Shown here piece after piece: positions 52,638 to 61,622 of a DNA stretch of 64,000 bases. The stretch is from Tubulanus polymorphus. Its lineage: Eukaryota; Animalia; Nemertea. Where the stretch lies: assembly GCF_964204645.1 (NCBI RefSeq), contig NC_134032.1, positions 13,132,275 to 13,196,274 of the forward strand. Reading direction: 5' to 3'. The notes below the pieces were generated by a model. The model was given only the letters and a program-made list of their open reading frames with translations. It did not search any database and was not told the origin of the DNA. Every line of letters begins with the position of its first letter. Position 1 is the stretch's first letter. The position numbers and the translations under genes are program-made.

Positions 52638-53262
52638 TTAAAAAGCTAGTTGAATTTGAATGAATTCATATTTAAATGGGTGTTGTAATCGAAATGGTAA
52701 TTTAGATCTTTTATTATTTTTCAATTTAACCATATATTCATTATGTAAATCATGCGGAATAATAAAATTTTCCTCAAGCGCATTTTTCATTGATTTTCTA
52801 TCTTTATTGTAGAATAATACTAAAAATCTAATGTTTTCTCTAAAATCTTTAACAATTGAATTATATTTTTGATTTTAATCCCACGTTGTTATCCCAAAAT
52901 GTCTCCCAGAGAAAGCTAAATTACATAGTTCACTTTCTCTAATTTTTGAATCATGTAAATTTGCACAATCATCTATGATAAATAATGTATTTGTTGCTTT
53001 ATAAATATCAATTGCTATTTTAATACAATTTTCTAAATTTTCTTTAACTGTTTTAGGATCTAATACAATAAATTTATCATTTCAAGTAATATTTCTATCA
53101 TAAGTTTGATTAAATTCATACGTTGGACAAAATAATACTACATTATCAAAATAGTTTTTACAAATAGTTTCTAATAAATTTAATATAAAATAAGTTTTTC
53201 CGCAATTTGTTACACCAGAAATTAACATATTATGAGGTTCAAATATAAATAATTCTTTTAAA
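52638..53262 (-). pseudogene. A32/FtsK-HerA-family genome-packaging ATPase (two in-frame stops)
   Basis: One frame reads MLISGVTNCGKT (Walker A)...RNIT*NDKF...TLFIIDDC (Walker B)...FSGRHFGITTWD*NQKYNSIVKDFREN (GRH arginine finger, Q sensor)...QLAF*. Confidence 0.92.
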
Positions 53263-53432
53263 CTAAAATGAAACTTTTGATGTTTGTACAGCATCTTTTC
53301 TGGATAGTTGAAAACATACATAACGACTAAAAATATCAATTATATTTAATATCCACCAATAATCATCATTATCTTTCTTAAGATTTTTCATATCAATCAA
53401 ATCACCCTGCCACTGTTGATCTACATAATTCT
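53262..53432 (-). pseudogene. Polinton-type rve (c-integrase) fragment, not in the ORF track
   Basis: NYVDQQWQGDLIDMKNLKKDNDDYWWILNIIDIFSRYVCFQLSRKDAVQTSK matches the Maverick integrase pattern W Q x D L x D M...N..Y..IL..ID.FS(K/R)Y. Confidence 0.85.
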
Positions 53433-53459
53433 TACCATAGTAGTTGTCGAATAAACACT

Positions 53460-53858
53460 ATAATCCGTGTAAACTGTAGATAAATGAAGAAATCCCACTC
53501 TTCGAATTTAAAATTATACGATTAAATTTATTATTATGAAACCACAACGTTTCGGTCGTTGACTAACAGCCATCATCAGGTGGAATGACCAGAAAAACAA
53601 GTTACAAAGCATATAAACTCACAGGATCTAAAATAGAAGCAGTGTGTCAAAACTAAAGATAAACAGACCAAGCAATAAAACATCAAGGGGTACCGTGGAA
53701 ACCACAGCAATTCTAAACAAACTAAAGAGTAAAAACAAATTATGTAACTAAGTGAAGTGGACTGAAGAGGGTGGCGATAACAGAGTGACATCCACCCAAA
53801 TCTAATAAAGAGTTGATGTGTCTGGATAATAATTGGTTATGTGGAGAAAAACCAGTAT
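53460..53858 (-). mobile_element. Penelope-like retroelement 3' fragment inserted in the viral relic, with minimal hammerhead
   Basis: Composition shifts away from the viral AT level. Minus strand 53543-53584 reads CCAC-CTGATGA-TGGCTGTTAGTCAACGACC-GAAAC-GTT-GTGG. The gaagaaatcccac motif is shared with the other Penelope ends. Confidence 0.7.
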
Positions 53859-54254
53859 AAAATCCAAAACATTTTCATTTTCATCATCTAACTTTATTTT
53901 AATTTTATTAGAACTCTCACTTTTTATGAATCTAACTGAAAATGTATCTTCACTTCTAATTTTTATTCGTGCTTTTCTACTAATATCTTGCGCTAATGTT
54001 TCTAAATTATATAATCCTGGTGTTAGCATAAGATGGACCCATTTATGATTACTTTTATTAAAAATTAAAAAGGCTCTATGATCATCAGTTTTATCTGATA
54101 CATTATAAAAAGAGTTACATAAACTTTCATTTACTAATTCTAAATCTACACAATTTTTAAATTCTCTATCTAATTGTACTAGTAAATTATGTGATTTTGA
54201 ATTTGTGAGTTTTCTGGAATAAACAAATATTCTATATTCTTTTAATTCAATCAT
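53858..54254 (-). pseudogene. Minor capsid (penton)-like protein, N-terminal part, truncated
   Basis: IFVYSR...SHNLLVQLDREFKNCVDLELV...CNSFYNVS...LTPGLYNLETLAQDI follows the penton N-terminal pattern (NSxYNI...PGxY...L...I) of Polinton-like viruses. Confidence 0.7.
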
Positions 54255-56368
54255 TATTCATTACACAAAAAATTACCTCGAACCACTAAAAATTAATTTT
54301 AATAAAATTTTTCCTAAATAAATGGAAGATTGTGTTGTGCCAAACTGTAGACATTCCGAAGAATTATTCAATAAACATATCCTGTATTCGTAAATGTCGT
54401 TTGTATCAGTGTCAGCGTCTTGGTCTAACCACTCATTTCGGGGAAGTTCCGGACCAACTATATGAGTTAAGGTTGGAGCCAAAGTAATGGAAAATCTCCT
54501 CTCAAGTAAGTGACGGACTCGAAACGGTAAATCGTATTCGGGGGCACCCGTACGAATTCCACTGTTTTGGCGATTTCAGATTCGGCCAAAATATTGATCA
54601 ACGTATGAAAGATTCTTGCATATGATTAACGACGCGAACATACACATACATTTCAATTTTCCAATTTCGTTCCGGAGCTGGGAAAATAATCAGTGCGAGT
54701 CGTCACTCAATAGAAAGAATTCGACTACGCATTACGTGCTTACCTCATTATAAGCTTATGTGGTAAATAAAGTTGATCCAAACTTTCATTTCAAATAATT
54801 TGAATTAAACGGATTCTATATCTACGTTGGCTAAATATCCATTCGATGGATGTAGCCTAGCTCTAGTGTCGATGAATCCCATGACGGGGTAAGTTCTACA
54901 AGACAAAATCTAAACTAGGCTAAAATCTCGAATGTGAACCATACAATCGAATAGAATCGTTTATTTCTCACTAAGCAAACTTGGCACATGTAGAAGATAC
55001 AAGAATCGATACGATAGAAATTTATAATTTACAAAACTTTAAAAACAAACGAAAATGAAAAATAGGATAGAATTGATAACAGAGATAATATACGTATATG
55101 TACTTCAGTAATTTGAGGCCAACATTAACACATCTAGCGAGTTAAGCGGTTATTAGGATATCACTATTTGCAGCATTAAGTAATTAGATAGTGTCAGGTC
55201 TATTATGAACCTCTCGCCCCTGAAAGTATATATGGAATCGAAACGAAACGACTGTTGACACATTGTTTTATATCATTAATACATGATACCTTCATATTTT
55301 TCTACTCGTAACCGAAGGTCAATATCATTGACGTGCAAACGGAAACCGATATTACAGCAGCAATTAGCTTGTACTTATAATATAAAATGTGAGTGCGAAA
55401 AAAAGTACAACGTTTCAAATTTCGAGAGCACTCGACATTACATTATAGTCTCTATACGTAAACGGGAAGCAATTGACACTTTTTTCGCGATCTTTCATAT
55501 GCGTGCGAAAGTAAATAGAATAAATGCTGAATAAACTTCAAAGAAAATAGATGGATCGGAAATGTACGGTTAACAGATTTTGTTGTTAAATCTACAATAT
55601 TGTTGGTCTTTTACATACACTCCCAGGCGGGCCAATGTGCGTTTAACCTACGAGCAATCATCTCAACCTAGGATAATTCAGATGGTTCAGATATTTGCTC
55701 GTAGGTTTAACTAATGACGCATTGTTTGAATGAATTCCCAGTGTAGGAGGACTGTGTGGGCCAGGTTCAGGTGTTCAGATACGTCGTTCCACAAGGCATA
55801 ACGCATCAGTTTCATCAGAGTTTTGTTCTATATAAAAAACAATCCAACTTAATCAAATAATCTGCACAGTCACCCGAGTTATACATGCTGAATAAACACT
55901 GGGGATTTTAATAAATTCGAGTCCCAATGTAGCATATGAAAAAACAACTTTTTTTGAATACATCTCTGTAGATGGAAACGAGAAATATTTCAGAAACATC
56001 GGGAAAACTGCATTTTATAGTCGAAAACTGAAATAACAACCTTAAGTTTCTCCCCCGAGAATCGACCATCGCTGATAACATACCTGTAACGCTGCGGACA
56101 TCGTGTAGGACACTACTCGTATAGTGTTACAACTGCAAGGAATCTGTTTCCTTAATAATAATAATGGCTCATAGCATCGAGTATAGTTAAATATGATACA
56201 ATATAATAGATAATACAAAATTTCATTCGCGAAATAGTGAGGTCCTAGATGGATTTCAATGTTGGGACTAGGGCTCGTTGCAGAATTAAGCATATCCAAC
56301 GCTAGGTTGATGTTACGGTGGCGCCTGGTCATTGCTCCGCGTTGCGTTCTATCGCTGATTGAAAAGTC

Positions 56369-56478
56369 TATAAAGCTGTCACACGTGATACCTGAAATAC
56401 GTCGATCACTCGTTGTTTACTGCAGTTCTTAGTGAATGTGAATGTTTTTTCATCGTTAAGATTACGAATCAGGTAAGC
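56369..56478 (+). promoter_or_regulatory. Putative TATA box and non-coding first exon of FkbM gene 2
   Basis: tataaagctgtcac...gaatcag|gtaagc donor at 56473, homologous to 45326-45430. Confidence 0.55.
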
Positions 56479-57790
56479 CGAAATGCGCTGACGGGGCCCA
56501 TTTTACCCGAAAGACTTAACAGTTTTTATAGATCTTTTAAAGTATGTGGTCGTGAACTTTGAAATGCCTTCCACTGATTTGAAATGATAGAAAATTCGAC
56601 GGTTTTTAAATTGATACCATGTCTTTAGGTCTAAATGATTAGTAAAGAATAAATAGTTTCAAGTCGGAAATAGGTGTAGGTCTCGCGTTTGACAGTCGAG
56701 ATTATACTTGGTACTTTGGAACTCATTTTATAATTTACATTCAAAGTATATTGAAAATTCGGCTCTTCGCTCACAGTCGGAGTTGTAGAAAATCTCGAAG
56801 TCACATAAACATCGCACCACTTATTGTGATTTATGGTACCAATAAAACCAAAATGAGACATCTTGATTCGAGAAAATAATGTTCACTAATTATTCAATAT
56901 TTCTCATTCTTTTTATTTCATTGACTTCGATTACAAATCTACCACACCTGCCGGGAAAGAAACAGGGGGTTTGGTTTTGAAATCGAAAATCGAAAGTCGA
57001 GTACAGATTAAGTTGGATGATCGGTCCAATTTACTTGGAAATTTTGGTCCCGGTTCAATCTTCTAAGCAGCCTGAACCGGCAAGCGACTGATTAGCGTTA
57101 TATGTCTTGTACATGATACATGTATTTCAGTTATTATGTGAACGTAATCCCGAATGTTTTGTAATTTTCTATATCGAAAATAAAACCAATTTTCTGTTCT
57201 TAAAAACGATCAATGTGACACCGACCGGCTGCCATCTCTCGATTATTCATTATTGATTAACATTATTTTACCGTTGCGTTCATACAATGCGATATATAGG
57301 TACGGTACATGCAAGTTTGCGCTGTTACATTTGCCAATAACGGATAACATGAAATGTAAGAACAAGCCAGCGAGTATGGTACGAATAAAGCCGGTGCTTG
57401 TGCCGGTGCAAGAGTTATATAAGAAAAAAAGAAAAGAAAAACTTAGAGGAAGTAATGAAACATATTATGTTAAAATACAATGACAGCATCTATCTATATC
57501 TTTAAGTGAGTAGTAAGTTCGACGGTTCTTAATCAAAGAGAAATGATTTGATGAAGAGCCATATATCGAATAAAGAAATAAAGAAATATCCATGTTGAAT
57601 GACATAGAATGTTCGATTAAATTAGTAGACGGCTAAAAGTAACTTTCAGATTTAAGATGAAAGGGATATGCATTTCAAATACCATAGGACCTTGAATTTC
57701 AAGACTGTATTTTCTTGATTAACGCTGTATCGTTCTGGAATTATGTTTGAATTTTTTTAATCTAGTTTCTCGGACCAATGCCCAAGGCGC

Positions 57791-57965
57791 CTATCTTTTG
57801 AACTTTATTCTATGTAGGAACATCGACAGGTTTTGCGAATAACCTGGCTTATTCATAAAGTTAGCAACTGTGTTTAGGCTGGGATTGGTGGATATATTAG
57901 CAGGGAGTAGTTCACTTCTTTCTTTGTTGTAAAAGGGACATATACATAGAACATGGTTATGACCG
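57791..57965 (-). mobile_element. LINE ORF2 C-terminal remnant
   Basis: HVLCICPFYNKERSELLP...FM motif. Confidence 0.6.
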
Positions 57966-59112
57966 CGGCATTTCACTCTCAAAGAGCCAGTATCAACAAC
58001 AATTTAATTGATACTTACAGCTTTAAGTGGTCAAACTCACACTGAGCATCGCTGCTTCGCCGGACCCCAGCTGCTTGTTACTATGGTTACAGGCAAGAGT
58101 GAATAAAGAGCAAAACTTTTCCACACTTAATCCAAGAAAATGAAGTAATAAGCAATGAAAATTCAGTTTTGAAGTCTTGTTGCATTCAAGAGTGAATATT
58201 TTCGCTGGATGCTGAAGTCAGTGTTTACATTATGAAGTGTCAAAACCAATTTCCAAGTTGAAAGATTATATTTAGACGGTGTTTCAAGCAAAACAACAGC
58301 ACTCGACTTATGAGATGATTCCAGATTATATATGCTCACACTCTGAGGAGTTTATAGATGTACAAAATCAATCAGATTGAATTTGCCACATGACATGATT
58401 ATTCCCAAAATGAAACTAAAAAATTCAAGAAAGGATTTTGTAAAATTGTAAAAATTGGAATTTTATATCCTTTAATGAATGGCCAGGATGGTATATTATT
58501 CACTCTTGAATGCAGTAGTCGCTTGACCTCAATTACTCGTAAGGCTGAGTGATAGAAACCACAGGGATCCCGATATGTTAGTGTAACAACTCTTTGATGC
58601 GCCGCGGTCATAACTACTGGGATAGACTTTACACGCAGATCAATGATAATGTACCGTTTTCCTAGAGATTTACGAAAAAGTACACTCATTTTAGACGGTT
58701 GCCGACCTAACTCAGGTTACGATTCGTTATAACGACTGGAGCATTATCAGAACGCATGAAACACTGGCCATTTATTCTCCTCATTTCGTTATTCTCCTTA
58801 TTATCGAGGTGATGAAAATCAGCAGAATATTGTAATGTACTCTAATTAACGAAATAACTGCGCTCCTTCAGATATAAACTCTATCAGACGTCACAGTTGG
58901 GATGCAATGTACACGTTTGTACGAAGTGAGGTAATATCGAATTTACGCCTCAATGCCACCCGACGCTTAACTGGCCCTTTTAATCTCGACGACTTATGTA
59001 TCGAATTTGTTCGATAGTTTCGAACGCGATGCGTGTGACACGAGGGTACTCGACATTGTGTTGCGCGATGGTAGGGTAACGAATATCAATCATTTAGCTT
59101 TCGTTTTTACAT

Positions 59113-59205
59113 AAAGGTAGATGTACCGAACGTATTTCGTATTGGAATGAAACTGGGGTGAAGGACGGAGAGGCCGATGTATAAACTGGGCTTTTAATGT
59201 TTCAT
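59113..59205 (+). pseudogene. Decayed FkbM-domain fragment immediately upstream of gene 2
   Basis: ggtagatgtacc...ggaatgaaactggggtgaaggacggagaggc..gatgtataaactgggcttttaatgttt aligns with ggtagatattcc...ggaatggatctgggtgaaggtcggagagac...gatgtataaactgggctatcaatgttt in the functional domains. Confidence 0.7.
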
Positions 59206-59291
59206 CCCGTCACGAGAAGCGAGGTATAAACCTTTATAGTCATATGTTTGATTTCTTTTTCATTTTCTTTTATCCAACAGGTGAACGAATA

Positions 59292-61217
59292 ATGACCGAT
59301 TGTCAAAGATCTCCGCTGAAAATCTGCACTATAGTTGTCAGTATTTTAGCAGTAGGTTCTTTGCTGTTTTCCTACACGCAATTCGAGATTTCTAATTTGA
59401 CTAAGCATAATTCGCTAGCTGGAGTAGTCTATAAATACATTACGGTAAGATCAAATGCGCTAATGGTCTATCCACTGGACGTCAAAGAACCGGACTCACC
59501 GGAAATACCGTGTACAATGCGAAAAACTAAATATTCCGGGTCGACTCCAATATGCGTTTACAAAGCGACAGTTGACACAGTCGTGTCCAAGGCTATATTG
59601 ATAAACGGGGCTTGGGAACCTCACCTAACCGAACTTATGGAGGAACTTTTCCGTCGCGATCCTAATTTGAACTTGTTCGATTTCGGGTCGAATGTCGGCT
59701 CCTTCGCGATAACGGCGCTAAAAAGCGGTCGTAAAGTCGTCGCGGTCGATCCTAAAGCGGGGAATCTGCGCCGAATCAGAATGTCGATTCATAAAGGTCA
59801 TCTGACCGGCGCGGTTTTAGTACAGAACGGTTTATCGGACTTCCGAACAACGGCGACTTTTCACCAAGACCCTGGAAACAACGGCGGGTCATACCTCACC
59901 GATACTAAACTGAATGACACACACGGTATAATAGCAAAAGTGAAATTTCAAGTTAAAACAATTCTAGTGACCGATTTGATTCCAGTGATTAGATTTAAAC
60001 GAGCTATGATTAAGATAGATATTCAGGGTTTCGAACTGAAGGTGTTTCAACATCTAGAGTCGTTTTTAAAAACGGTAGATATTCCGTTTATACTGATGGA
60101 ATGGATCTGGGTGAAGGTTGGAGAGACTGGTAAACGTATGGTAGCGCTGATGTATAAACTGGGCTATCAATGTTTTCAAACCGCTCTGAACGGCGCTCGA
60201 TGTCCGGGTAACGACCACACTAAATGGCCGTATGACGTAGTTTGGGTGAGAACTGATGCCACTGTTTACCCTGGAGCATATGAAGCTATTCGTATTTGGA
60301 ACGGGAAGCCACCAGTCACACATATAACGACAGCTTCTCCAATAAACGGCGTCGCAATCGTCTATCCGCTCAACATCAAAGAACCAGACTCGCCGGAAAT
60401 ACCGTGTACAGTGCGTAAAACTAAATATTCCGGGGTGACTCCAATATGTGTTTATAACGCAACAGTTGATACGGTCGTGTCTAAGGCTATATTGATAAAC
60501 GGGGCTTGGGAACCTCACCTAACCGGACTCATGGAGGAACTTTTCCGTCGCGACCCACATTTGAACTTACTCGATTTCGGGTCGAATGTCGGCTCCTTCG
60601 CGATAACGGCGCTAAAAAGCGGTCGTAAAGTCGTCGCGGTCGATCCTAAAGCGGGGAATCTGCGCCGAATCAGAATGTCGATTCATAAAGGTCATCTGAC
60701 CGGCGCGGTTTTAGTACAGAACGGTTTATCGGACTTCCGAACAACGGCGACTTTTCACCAAGACCCCGGAAACAACGGCGGGTCATACCTCACCGATACT
60801 AAACTGAATGACACACACGGTATAATAGCAAAAGTGAAATTTCAAGTTAAAACAATTCTAGTGACCGATTTGATTCCAGTGATTAGATTTAAACGAGCTA
60901 TGATTAAGATTGATATTCAGGGTTTCGAACTGAAGGCGTTTCAACATCTCGAGTCGTTTTTAAAAACGGTAGATATTCCGTTTATACTGATGGAATGGAT
61001 CTGGGTGAAGGTCGGAGAGACTGGTAAACGTATGGTAGCGCTGATGTATAAACTGGGCTATCAATGTTTTCAAACCGCTCTGAACGGCGCTCGATGTCCG
61101 GGTAACGACCACACTAAATGGCCGTATGACGTAGTTTGGGTGAGAACTGATGCCACTGTTTACCCTGGAGCATATGAAGCTATTCGTATATGGAACGGGA
61201 AACCAAAACCTTCCTAG
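59292..61217 (+). CDS. Double-FkbM-domain type II membrane methyltransferase, paralogue 2 (641 aa)
   Basis: The true start is probably ATG 59292 after the acceptor ccaacag, by alignment with paralogue 1. Same motifs and the same 894-nt internal period (59466 to 60360). Confidence 0.9.
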   Translation: MTDCQRSPLKICTIVVSILAVGSLLFSYTQFEISNLTKHNSLAGVVYKYITVRSNALMVYPLDVKEPDSPEIPCTMRKTKYSGSTPICVYKATVDTVVSKAILINGAWEPHLTELMEELFRRDPNLNLFDFGSNVGSFAITALKSGRKVVAVDPKAGNLRRIRMSIHKGHLTGAVLVQNGLSDFRTTATFHQDPGNNGGSYLTDTKLNDTHGIIAKVKFQVKTILVTDLIPVIRFKRAMIKIDIQGFELKVFQHLESFLKTVDIPFILMEWIWVKVGETGKRMVALMYKLGYQCFQTALNGARCPGNDHTKWPYDVVWVRTDATVYPGAYEAIRIWNGKPPVTHITTASPINGVAIVYPLNIKEPDSPEIPCTVRKTKYSGVTPICVYNATVDTVVSKAILINGAWEPHLTGLMEELFRRDPHLNLLDFGSNVGSFAITALKSGRKVVAVDPKAGNLRRIRMSIHKGHLTGAVLVQNGLSDFRTTATFHQDPGNNGGSYLTDTKLNDTHGIIAKVKFQVKTILVTDLIPVIRFKRAMIKIDIQGFELKAFQHLESFLKTVDIPFILMEWIWVKVGETGKRMVALMYKLGYQCFQTALNGARCPGNDHTKWPYDVVWVRTDATVYPGAYEAIRIWNGKPKPS

Positions 61218-61622
61218 AGAGAGATACCGGTCAGGTGTTCTTTGAATATATATTCTTGTACACAAATTTCGATTTATATACATCACGAAGCTAAAACTGC
61301 AATTTTTGCCAAGTGAAAATGATATCTGCGAGAAAACAGGCATTTTGCTGTCACCAATTTCTGACGTGCCATTCAGGTATAGATTCAATACATCTGTCTC
61401 GATTTATATGACTGGTTGTTTGGTTAGCATGCATGGACGTATAAGCTAGATGAAGAAAAAACTCCACAATGACTATGATTATTTGACCTAATTCTATTCT
61501 TCCGGAAAAGCTGATTTCTTAAGCAGTTTTTTACAAAACAGCGGTTAGCGACAATAATGACAATTTATTCCGCCTTAAATTTATATAAAATATCATCGTG
61601 TTTACAAGCAATTGGAATATCA

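Larger units (their letters stand above)
51150..54330. mobile_element. Internally deleted endogenous Maverick/Polinton (adintovirus-like) relic, copy 1
   Basis: Abrupt very AT-rich, intronless, gene-dense block containing a penton-like ORF, an rve integrase fragment, an A32 ATPase and small ORFs. No TIRs or PolB seen; boundaries are approximate. Confidence 0.85.

Noticed and set aside
52638-53262. Alternative genetic code or programmed read-through in the viral ATPase
   Set aside because: The interrupting stops are of different types (TGA and TAA here; TAG and TAA in the neighbouring ORF), and TGG is used for Trp in the same ORF. Ordinary pseudogenisation explains them better.
48810-54330. 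FkbM gene as cargo of the viral element, or bacterial contamination
   Set aside because: The FkbM genes have host-like composition, a spliceosomal acceptor before the ATG, a putative upstream non-coding exon and a type II TM anchor. The AT-rich viral block starts ~400 bp after the stop.
59244-59291. N-terminal extension MFDFFFIFFYPTGERI of FkbM paralogue 2
   Set aside because: It is the polypyrimidine tract and acceptor of the intron. Paralogue 1 has the homologous sequence out of frame.
37352-61217. AS3MT plus FkbM genes as a functional arsenic/methylation gene cluster
   Set aside because: Different families, compartments (cytosolic vs luminal) and orientations, separated by an unrelated gene. 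Adjacency alone is not evidence.
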